Positions 44,527 to 52,631 of a stretch of 64,000 bases of DNA are shown in pieces (the first letter of the stretch is position 1; each line of letters starts with the position of its first letter). The notes below the pieces were generated by a model. That model made no database searches. It was not told where the DNA came from and saw nothing but the letters and a program-made list of their open reading frames with translations. Both the position numbers and the translations under genes were made by a program. Source of the stretch: an uncultured bacterium. Lineage in GTDB: Bacteria; UBP4; UBA4092. The stretch is from positions 62,001 to 126,000 of the forward strand of contig CAZXWN010000004.1 in NCBI GenBank assembly GCA_964644695.1, written 5' to 3'.

Positions 44527-44760
44527 TTATCCGATTTTGCCCATTAAGACAAACACCGTTGCAAACGCATAAATCGTTAAGGCTTCGATAAGCGCACAAC
44601 CAATGATCATGGACGTCAGGATTTTACCCTGAATTTCAGGTTGACGGCTCATGGCTTCCATTGCGGCAGCGACAGCCCGTCCTAAACCTAAGGCCGAACC
44701 AAAGGCAGCGATACCCAGTCCCAGCGGCAGTGCAAATGCTAATGCAGTTCTAAAATCCAT
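44527..44760 (-). CDS. atpE: ATP synthase c subunit
   Basis: RQPE loop; ion-binding Glu in ALIEALTIY. Confidence 0.96.
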   Translation of the reverse strand: MDFRTALAFALPLGLGIAAFGSALGLGRAVAAAMEAMSRQPEIQGKILTSMIIGCALIEALTIYAFATVFVLMGKIG

Positions 44761-44791
44761 GTCTATTCCTCCTAAAATGAGTTCCAGTTAT

Positions 44792-45715
44792 TTAAGCGTG
44801 TTTTTCTTCCGTCACCCCAGAACTTTCATGTTCGTGAGGCAGCATCAGGAATATATATATTGTTGATAACAAACTAAAAACCATGGCCTGAATAGTACCC
44901 GTCAGAATTCCCAGCAGTAAGAAGGGGAATTGCAATGGAACCCCAATCGGGCTGTGGATAAAACTGACCATCATAATTCCAATGGTAATAAAAATACCAA
45001 TCACCAAATCTTCGCCCATGACATTACCAAAGAGTCGTAATCCCAGAGAAATGGGCTTAATCAATTCTTCCATAATATGAAGGGGCATCATCAGGGGCAC
45101 CAACATCCAGGTAATGAGATCGTTAGGTGAACCACACAAATGGTGAAGGTACCCTAAAATACCATTTTCTTTTATAGCGGTGAATTGAACATAACAAAAC
45201 ACACAGATACCCAGGGCAAACGTTGTTTCAATCATGCTGGTGGGTGATTTAACAAACGGAATCAATCCCGATATATTCATACACCAGATATAGACAAACA
45301 AGGTCACAATGAATGGCGTGTACTTTCGGCCCCTGGGGCCACACATTTCACAAACCAGGGAATCGACCGCCTCAAGAACCATCTCAAACAGATTTTGTAA
45401 TCGATTGGGAATGAGTCCTCTGTTACGGCTGGCGATCAAAGCCAACACCAAGATAACACCACCCACGATAAAAGCAAAAAACTGCGCCTCAAAATGATGG
45501 AGAAATTCAATTACTGCATTATGCGGAAAATACTGATTCAATAAAACAATCAGGTTGGGCGGTTCCAATTCGGGACTATGAGCCGCCTTTTCTGCCACAT
45601 GGGCAACAGTATTGATTGCTTCCGATGGATATAAAGGCACCGGAGCCGACGAGGCTCCGAGGGTTTCTTCGATGATTTTCGTTGTTGCTTGTGCTAGTAA
45701 GTGTTCAGAAGGCAT
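44792..45715 (-). CDS. atpB: ATP synthase a subunit
   Basis: PNRLQN, KPISLGLRLFGN, IQAMVFSLLSTIY. Confidence 0.96.
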   Translation of the reverse strand: MPSEHLLAQATTKIIEETLGASSAPVPLYPSEAINTVAHVAEKAAHSPELEPPNLIVLLNQYFPHNAVIEFLHHFEAQFFAFIVGGVILVLALIASRNRGLIPNRLQNLFEMVLEAVDSLVCEMCGPRGRKYTPFIVTLFVYIWCMNISGLIPFVKSPTSMIETTFALGICVFCYVQFTAIKENGILGYLHHLCGSPNDLITWMLVPLMMPLHIMEELIKPISLGLRLFGNVMGEDLVIGIFITIGIMMVSFIHSPIGVPLQFPFLLLGILTGTIQAMVFSLLSTIYIFLMLPHEHESSGVTEEKHA

Positions 45716-45735
45716 ATATATATTCTACTTAAGGT

Positions 45736-46152
45736 TTACTCTTTTATGTCAGTAATCTCTTGTTTTCCTGTTACAACTGGGACCAACATCCGTCCCATAA
45801 CTTTCAAGATGATGACGGCAAAAGGAACATGAAATCCAACCATCAGACTTAATATCGGAAATTGTCCGGACATCATCAGCCACGCACCCGTACCATACAG
45901 AAGGGGAAACTTGATCAATACCCCTAATAATAACTGACGGATTGGCTTCCGGGGTGTAACCAAACCACCCACCAGTAACCACTTGATTAACCACAAATTG
46001 GCAATGTTCCATAACGAACCCACCAATATGCCGTTGGCCCAGTCTATCCGGGAATAAACACTCATAAAAACATATACCAGCGCCGTGATGACTCCCGACC
46101 ATATCAAGACATGGTTAAACCACTCAATATCAAATCCTTTGCTGATTTTCAT
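45736..46152 (-). CDS. atpI: ATP synthase protein I (four-TM)
   Basis: Four hydrophobic segments with G..W...N and K.PL motifs directly upstream of atpB; start uncertain. Confidence 0.75.
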   Translation of the reverse strand: MKISKGFDIEWFNHVLIWSGVITALVYVFMSVYSRIDWANGILVGSLWNIANLWLIKWLLVGGLVTPRKPIRQLLLGVLIKFPLLYGTGAWLMMSGQFPILSLMVGFHVPFAVIILKVMGRMLVPVVTGKQEITDIKE

Positions 46153-46584
46153 GGAATTATAACCTGTTCTGTGGGTTTTCGCACTCAACAACCTGCTTTA
46201 TTTAATTTTATCATTAATTACATTTTAGGAATATAGTTTCCATGAAGGAATTGCATTCCTAATTAACAGTAATCGGATATGAATATAAAACAATCCGGGC
46301 ACGAATCCTGTTCCCGGAATTATGTTTATGGTATTGACAATATCATATTTAGAACTAGCATGCCAAACCTTGCAAAATAGGGATATTTTACTAGAAAATA
46401 ATAAGTCCCTACCACGATAAATTATCTCCAGGGATACTTCAAAGACCAGCGCCCCAAATGTTGGGATGTATTTACACTTTTGGGTCCAAAATGGAAACGA
46501 AAGGAGATTATTTTATGTTTTAGATAAGAGGCCATCAGACCAAACAATCAAAAACAAACTAACGGAAAGGGTAAGGTATTTATT

Positions 46585-48522
46585 ATGTCTGGTGAACTAA
46601 ATTCAGTCACAGAAAGTAAACTTGTCTATTATGTCCCGCCAAGTCAGCACAGTGCGGATGCAGTGGAGAAACTATTACGGGATCATCCCGAGATAAAATT
46701 TGTCTCTCTGGTTGGAGTGGACCTGGGAGGAAACGATACTGACGAAAAAATCCCCATCCCCTGCTTTCTAAAGAATATCCGGCAGATGTTGTCCCAGGGA
46801 GTCCAAACCGACGGCTCCAGCGTTATTCTTCCAGAAATAGCAACCCTCAATAATGCCCGCGTCGATTTAATTCCCGATATGGATGTCAACTGGTTTGTGG
46901 ATTATAACGATTCCTTCGTGGATGATGCCACAGGTTTACCGGTCGGCACTTTAAGGATTCCGGCATTTCTCGTTCATAACGATACTCACCGCGTAGATTC
47001 ACGCTCCGTCTTAAAAAATGCGACAGATTATTTCAAGAAAGAACTTCTTGAATTATTAAAACAACACCCGAGAATTCTCAGCCAGTTCAGCATTGAATCT
47101 GTGGATGAGATTGCGGATATCACTTTAACCGCCGCGACCGAACTGGAATTCTGGGTCAAAACACCTGATTATGAAGCCGATGTTGAACAGCTCACAACTT
47201 CACAGGTCCTGCAGGAACAGTATTGGAAACGAACGATTGGACCGGTCCGCAGTGCGCTTGAAAAAACCCTTCTGGTTCTGGATGAATACGGACTGGGTGT
47301 CGAGATGGGCCACAAGGAAGTCGGTGGCGTTAAAGCCAAACTGGCTCAAGGCGGCAATTTCGACCACATCATGGAGCAATTGGAAATCGACTGGACTTAC
47401 AGTAATGCTCTTCAGACAGCGGACAACGAATCTCTGGTCAGAAACCTGGTAAAAGATACCTTTATCCGATACGGGCTTGAAGTTACTTTCATGGCAAAAC
47501 CGATTGAAGGGATTGCCGGTAACGGAGAACACACCCATCTGGGGATGTCTGTAAAATTAAAAGATGGCCGCAAGATCAACCTCTTTTCTCCACCGGATAT
47601 GAAATCTGATTTTATGAGTCCCATCGGTTGGGGTGCTTTAATGGGACTGTTAAAAAATTACGAAGTTGTAAATCCTTTTGTCTCTGCCACCAATGATGCA
47701 TTAAATCGACTGAAACCCGGGTTTGAAGCCCCGGTTTGTATTGTCGCCTCTGTCGGACATCAGGTAGAGGTCCCGTCCCGTAACAGAACCGTTCTGGCGG
47801 GTCTGGTCCGCGATATGACCAATCCATTATCCACTCGCTTTGAATTGCGGGCACCAAATCCGACAAGTAATACCTACATGGTTCTTTCCAGTGTCATTAT
47901 GGCGATGATGGATGGAATAAAGGCCGCAGTTGCTTCCGGGAAATCGGCCAAAGAACTGGAAACAGAATTTTCCAAACCTGCGGGTGAAGATAAATTTTAT
48001 CTGGAGACCAATCGGGCCTATCGAAGTGAAGAAGATGTGTTTGAACATTTCTCCAGTGAACAACGGGATTCCCTGTTTGGGATTCCTCCCGCCACAGTCT
48101 GGGAGAATCTCTCCAATCTAATGAATCACCCTTCGAAGCTTCAGGCACTTCATCAGGGAAGTGTTTTCAGTGATGCCATCATACGGTCCTACTCACAGGC
48201 CATTTTGAGTTTGTGGGCAACTGAATTGAAGACTCGAATTATTCCCGACAATATGGATTTTGTCCGAAGCTGTCACCGGATGAAACAATCGGATAATGTA
48301 GCGGACCTGGATGTGGTGACCTGGGAAAAAATCAACAACCTCCGCAACTATCTGATGAAAGACCGCCTCAATCATAAATCCTTATTTACCCGTATTAGGG
48401 AAAGTATTGATAAACGGGATTATGCCACTGTTTCCCGCCTGCAAGTGGAAATGAGTGAGCGGGTATCCGAGTTAGCCTATATCTATGCAGAATATAAAAA
48501 GAATCTTTTTGAACTCGATTAA
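46585..48522 (+). CDS. glnA: Glutamine synthetase, large clostridial-type form
   Basis: QTDGSS, TELEF, GHKEVGG, FMAKP...GNGEHTH, RLKPGFEAP, SRNR, RFELRAP. Confidence 0.88.
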   Translation: MSGELNSVTESKLVYYVPPSQHSADAVEKLLRDHPEIKFVSLVGVDLGGNDTDEKIPIPCFLKNIRQMLSQGVQTDGSSVILPEIATLNNARVDLIPDMDVNWFVDYNDSFVDDATGLPVGTLRIPAFLVHNDTHRVDSRSVLKNATDYFKKELLELLKQHPRILSQFSIESVDEIADITLTAATELEFWVKTPDYEADVEQLTTSQVLQEQYWKRTIGPVRSALEKTLLVLDEYGLGVEMGHKEVGGVKAKLAQGGNFDHIMEQLEIDWTYSNALQTADNESLVRNLVKDTFIRYGLEVTFMAKPIEGIAGNGEHTHLGMSVKLKDGRKINLFSPPDMKSDFMSPIGWGALMGLLKNYEVVNPFVSATNDALNRLKPGFEAPVCIVASVGHQVEVPSRNRTVLAGLVRDMTNPLSTRFELRAPNPTSNTYMVLSSVIMAMMDGIKAAVASGKSAKELETEFSKPAGEDKFYLETNRAYRSEEDVFEHFSSEQRDSLFGIPPATVWENLSNLMNHPSKLQALHQGSVFSDAIIRSYSQAILSLWATELKTRIIPDNMDFVRSCHRMKQSDNVADLDVVTWEKINNLRNYLMKDRLNHKSLFTRIRESIDKRDYATVSRLQVEMSERVSELAYIYAEYKKNLFELD

Positions 48523-48537
48523 TCAGTAAAAATTAAT

Positions 48538-48569
48538 AAAGCCGGTCGAAACCATTCGGCCGGCTTTTT
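48538..48569. terminator. Terminator after glnA
   Basis: aaagccgg.cgaa/ttcg.ccggcttttt. Confidence 0.85.
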
Positions 48570-48587
48570 CTTATCTCTAAAACTCAA

Positions 48588-48866
48588 TTACTCATCATTT
48601 CGATAATCGTTGTAATCCCAACTCCATCCGATTTCTTGCCGGTCCTGGTGAGAACTATTGCCCTGCACCTTTTCATCACCAAATCGATAGGATACCCGGG
48701 GTTCACAAAGATATTTCTTTAACGGTGAAGTCCGGCCACATTTCATACACAAATACCGGGCAGGATATACCCGTTTCATGTATTCCCCAGGATAACGATT
48801 CATTTGTCCTTCCTCAACCCATTTACATAAGGTCAATTCAGGGTTAAGTTTTCGTGCTTTTTTCAT
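48588..48866 (-). CDS. Small 4-Cys protein, paralog B
   Basis: C-x25-C-x2-C-x10-C (LCKW...RYLCMKCGR...KKYLCEP). Confidence 0.7.
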   Translation of the reverse strand: MKKARKLNPELTLCKWVEEGQMNRYPGEYMKRVYPARYLCMKCGRTSPLKKYLCEPRVSYRFGDEKVQGNSSHQDRQEIGWSWDYNDYRNDE

Positions 48867-48995
48867 AAATTTTGTCTGCTCTTTCGAGTATTAAAAGGTC
48901 ATGTGATATACATCACCCTCTACTTGATAAAATACCTGATTTCAGTGATGAAGGCAACTTCAGGAGACCCATGGAGGGAAACTGGCAGGGGGTAT

Positions 48996-49229
48996 TCAGG
49001 AGTTTTTTGATATTTCCTTGATTAGCCGCCAGACCTGACGGGCAGACGCAACAATCCCTAAAATAACAAGCGCCACAGTCAACCAGGGATCGGTTCCAAA
49101 TCTTTTATCCAGCCAGCGACCCAGAAAAGCGCCCACAAGAGGACCCGCCGCCATCAGTCCCGGTATTGTGAGTCCTATTCCCAACTGTCGGGTCAGTCTT
49201 AATTTCTCTTTTTCAGATTCCCTGCGCAT
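48996..49229 (-). CDS. atpZ: AtpZ (ATP synthase gene 1 family) two-TM protein
   Basis: GPLVGAFLGRWLDKRFGTDPWL...LGIVAS signature; alternative start at 49253. Confidence 0.85.
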   Translation of the reverse strand: MRRESEKEKLRLTRQLGIGLTIPGLMAAGPLVGAFLGRWLDKRFGTDPWLTVALVILGIVASARQVWRLIKEISKNS

Positions 49230-49259
49230 GTATCCATTTTGACATAAATACACCTCAGG

Positions 49260-49493
49260 TTATATCTGACCGGGTAATTCTATGATGTTCTCATCTTCCT
49301 TGTTATCCAGGATTTTCTGGATATTCTTAGGTTCACAGAGATTCTTTTTATTGTGGGCTACCCGACCACACTTTTTACAGACATATCGAGGGGATAACAC
49401 CAGTTTCAGGTAGTCTTCGGGAAAATCCTTCACTGCATCACGCTTGGCTAAACAACAAAGCGCTTCATCGTCATCAAACTTCTTCTTACTCAT
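49260..49493 (-). CDS. Small 4-Cys protein, paralog A
   Basis: C-x25-C-x2-C-x10-C (LCCL...RYVCKKCGR...KKNLCEP); AAGGA RBS before ATG 49493. Confidence 0.75.
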   Translation of the reverse strand: MSKKKFDDDEALCCLAKRDAVKDFPEDYLKLVLSPRYVCKKCGRVAHNKKNLCEPKNIQKILDNKEDENIIELPGQI

Positions 49494-49595
49494 CAAAGGA
49501 GTCCTTTTTATGTAAGTTGATATAGTAGCAACACAAGCCAGGATAAAAAGGGTTCCGATTCCCCCAAAATAAATATTCCACATTCGAACCAGAAA

Positions 49596-49640
49596 CGAAG
49601 AGGGTACGGACCTGCTCCGAGCAGCTCCGTGGATGATTCG
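49596..49640. repeat. 45-bp palindromic intergenic repeat, copy 4
   Basis: cgaagagggtacggacctgctccgagcagctccgtggatgattcg. Confidence 0.88.
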
Positions 49641-49662
49641 TTATCTGATTGAATCTTCACAC

Positions 49663-49698
49663 AACAAAAAGAGGGTCCAACCGGACCCTCTTTTTGTT
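49663..49698. terminator. Terminator at the end of the GH20 array
   Basis: aacaaaaagagggtcc/ggaccctctttttgtt perfect stem. Confidence 0.88.
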
Positions 49699-49714
49699 AA
49701 TAACGCATGATTCT

Positions 49715-52501
49715 TTAAGGATTTACGCCTGTTATGGCGAACAACATCGGGGAAGCTTCCGTTGGAGAAGATTCCACATCAATGGTAGATATCACTTTCC
49801 CCGGATAAGGATTGACCCATTTACAGGCATTTATCCACCAGGGGATGTTCCCCTCACAGACCCCATAAGCCGCCACATTTCCCGAACAATAAGTATCCAT
49901 ATCCAGCCAGCCATAAATAGTCTGACCATACTTCAGTTCAATCGTGGCACTGGTTCCATCCGCATAGTTCACCCTGTACACTCCCACCTTACGGTTGACG
50001 GGTACAGAGAAAAGACAGGTATGAAGAAAATTCAATTCCGAGGCTTTCCGATTTACTTTTATTCCCTTTACCATGGCAGGGAAATTACGGGTCAGTCCTG
50101 AACCCTTCAACAACAACCCCTTACCCGATAACTGATAATACCGGTCATCCAATAAGTGAACTGCATTACCGGAAGGTAATCCCGACAAATCAATTCCTTT
50201 TCCATAACCCAGGAATCCCGATTGTCCATCATCCGTCAGAGAAATATTCACCGGAAGATTGACGGTAAATCCAGATTTGCTGGGAGTCTTCCATTGCGGT
50301 TCATCATACCAGACTTCCCGAAGAACTTTGGCTGGATAATAGGGCAGCACATAACCCGGTTCACTTTTCTTATTTCCAGCATTTTTCACAGAGGCCCGAT
50401 TATTAGGATTCCACCCTAAATCAGATTGAACGACATATCCCATCACCTGTTTCAGTTCTTTCTCCATGATTTTGTCGAACCCTGTCCATCCGGCCCAGGT
50501 GGTGTACATCATCCCTTCAACACCCCGGTCAGCACAATACTTGGTAAAGTAATTCATGTTGTCCAATCGATACCACGAACACCCAATGACATCCAACCCA
50601 TTCCCTCGATAAAGGTCAATTGTGGGATAGTCTTTCCATTCTTTATAATTCCAGTCTGCAATCACAATATCTTTCGGCAGATACTTGATATAGGACTGGA
50701 AGGAAGGTTTCTGGAGAATATCACCCCACATCACCATTCTGATTCCACGGGCTTTCAAGAAGTTATAAAATTGAATTGCTTCGGCAAAATACAGCTTCTC
50801 ATTTCCAATGGCCTTACAGGTTTCGTGGGTCGGGAAGGGTTGGAAATAATCGTGTTCATCCATCCCTACATGGAAATATTTCAAATCACCAAACAACTCA
50901 ATACATTCATCCAGGATGGGATATAAAACCTCCCGGGATTCTGGATTTAATGGACAATAAATCTTCGGATTATCGGAGTTTTCGGCAATATCCACATTCT
51001 GTCCATTGTTGAATAAACACCCATGTCCCAGGGTTTGAACTTCCGGCATCACTTCCATGTGATATCGTTTTGCCAGTTCAATGAGAGGTTTGATATCTTC
51101 CGGTTTCACAGAAAAAGGAGACTTCAAATTCGGTGCTGTTTTCCAGGCAATCCCCTTCTCCACTTCAATCAAAAGGTTATTGACCTTATACCGGGCAAAT
51201 ATCCGTTTCAGCATCTTGGCATGTACGACGGGAGAGGTTGTATCCACCAGGAAATGAATCCCACGATAGGCAAAGAAGGGCTTATCCCACACCTGAACCG
51301 CAGGTGCAGTGAGAGTTCCTTTTTCCGCTTTTCTCAATAATTGTTTGAAAGATTGAACACCGTACAAACTGCCCCGCTGGTCAGAACCGGCAATCAAGAC
51401 GACATTCGGCATCACCTTTAGAATATAACCTTCAGGACCCGGTTCCGTCGGTGATACTGTCAGATTGTTTTCTTCCAATAACCGGGCAACGACACCATTG
51501 TTCTCAGGCTCACCAATGACGATACAATTTTTCACACTTTTCACATCAGCTTCCTGGAGCACCTGAAGCGTAAATCCGGCAAGTCGCTGTATTTCCTCAT
51601 TCAAATCTTCAGAAACGATATTGTCTGCCTTGTCCGAGTTTGCAAGAACAATTTGGGTTTGTTTATTCAGGACAAAAGTCCCCGCCTGCCATTCACACTT
51701 CACAGGTTCAGGAATAATCTGTATGGGGCTGGATTTATAGGCCTGAGCGGCGGCCAGATTTTGGGTCGCTCTGGCACCCAGAATAACAGGGAGTGGATGA
51801 ACATCTTTTTTGTAGGTAATGAACTTTCCATCAAAATCTATCCCGGTTAATTTCCCCAGATACACGGGGTCTAAAAAAGAACCGGCCGTTTTGGAAAACG
51901 AAGAGAGTTCTTTGGAAGGTGTGGCGTTCCGGGTCACATTGACCCTCCACCACTTTTCGTTAGACATGGGTTTGGCTAATTCAGATAAGGGAATGGACAC
52001 TTCCGCCGTCCATTTATCCTTATATTTCTGCGTCTTGATGACCCAATTCACGACGACTCCGGTGTTAGCCTGACAATCCGAATATCGAATCCCGTTAATA
52101 TTCCCAACGAAATGATATAAGTTATCAACCGTAGCTACTTCTGCCGGAGATATAAATATCTCAATACAGTCATCATTGTAGGCTGCCATATTATCAATCG
52201 TTGCATTGGCAACAGTTTTCTCTATCCTAGATTCATAACAGGTAATCCCCAAATAGATATTTTGATGATCATAAAGAATCCGGAATTCCGTCTTCTCCTT
52301 AGTCGCGGCACCGGAGGTGTAATTCCCCAAAGTATAGACTGGAGCCTTACTCCAGTCAGTCTCATCTAAAGCGCCATTGATTTTCAGCGGAGATGTTGCC
52401 GATGCGGCCTTGGCTTCATACAAGACAGGTTCAGATGTCAGACCCCATCCCACCAGCATAATTCCGATAATGATTGTTCCTAATTGTCTCATCCACTTCA
52501 T
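49715..52501 (-). CDS. Secreted CBM9-like + GH20 beta-N-acetylhexosaminidase, paralog 4
   Basis: Signal peptide; INGALDETDW...DDCIEIFI...WTAEVSIP CBM9-like domain; IIPEP...EGYIL...GSD..G.LYG GH20b; HVGMDE catalytic pair; C-terminal beta-sandwich. Confidence 0.88.
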   Translation of the reverse strand: MKWMRQLGTIIIGIMLVGWGLTSEPVLYEAKAASATSPLKINGALDETDWSKAPVYTLGNYTSGAATKEKTEFRILYDHQNIYLGITCYESRIEKTVANATIDNMAAYNDDCIEIFISPAEVATVDNLYHFVGNINGIRYSDCQANTGVVVNWVIKTQKYKDKWTAEVSIPLSELAKPMSNEKWWRVNVTRNATPSKELSSFSKTAGSFLDPVYLGKLTGIDFDGKFITYKKDVHPLPVILGARATQNLAAAQAYKSSPIQIIPEPVKCEWQAGTFVLNKQTQIVLANSDKADNIVSEDLNEEIQRLAGFTLQVLQEADVKSVKNCIVIGEPENNGVVARLLEENNLTVSPTEPGPEGYILKVMPNVVLIAGSDQRGSLYGVQSFKQLLRKAEKGTLTAPAVQVWDKPFFAYRGIHFLVDTTSPVVHAKMLKRIFARYKVNNLLIEVEKGIAWKTAPNLKSPFSVKPEDIKPLIELAKRYHMEVMPEVQTLGHGCLFNNGQNVDIAENSDNPKIYCPLNPESREVLYPILDECIELFGDLKYFHVGMDEHDYFQPFPTHETCKAIGNEKLYFAEAIQFYNFLKARGIRMVMWGDILQKPSFQSYIKYLPKDIVIADWNYKEWKDYPTIDLYRGNGLDVIGCSWYRLDNMNYFTKYCADRGVEGMMYTTWAGWTGFDKIMEKELKQVMGYVVQSDLGWNPNNRASVKNAGNKKSEPGYVLPYYPAKVLREVWYDEPQWKTPSKSGFTVNLPVNISLTDDGQSGFLGYGKGIDLSGLPSGNAVHLLDDRYYQLSGKGLLLKGSGLTRNFPAMVKGIKVNRKASELNFLHTCLFSVPVNRKVGVYRVNYADGTSATIELKYGQTIYGWLDMDTYCSGNVAAYGVCEGNIPWWINACKWVNPYPGKVISTIDVESSPTEASPMLFAITGVNP

Positions 52502-52577
52502 ACCCAAGCTACTCCTTTTCAGTCGCACTGATCAAGCGCTTATTATTGTACCTTGTGACACCGGGAACAGGATATAG

Positions 52578-52611
52578 AAAAAGCCCCGGAATTGTAAAAT
52601 TCCGAGGCTTT
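52578..52611 (-). terminator. Terminator between GH20 paralogs 3 and 4
   Basis: aaagcc.cggaatt/aattccg.ggcttt. Confidence 0.75.
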
Positions 52612-52631
52612 CATGTTTTTAAGTTAACAGC

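Noticed and set aside
44527-44760. Na+-translocating ATP synthase
   Set aside because: Subunit c has G-L-G and E-A-L where Na+-binding rings have G-Q/E-G and E-S/T; consistent with proton coupling
46350-46364. Sigma54 promoter in the atpI-glnA intergenic region
   Set aside because: Minus-strand TGGCATG is followed by TTCT rather than TTGC; the conserved -12 GC is missing
46400-46584. Glutamine riboswitch or ANTAR hairpins upstream of glnA
   Set aside because: No recognisable consensus by eye; an Rfam scan would be needed to exclude them fully
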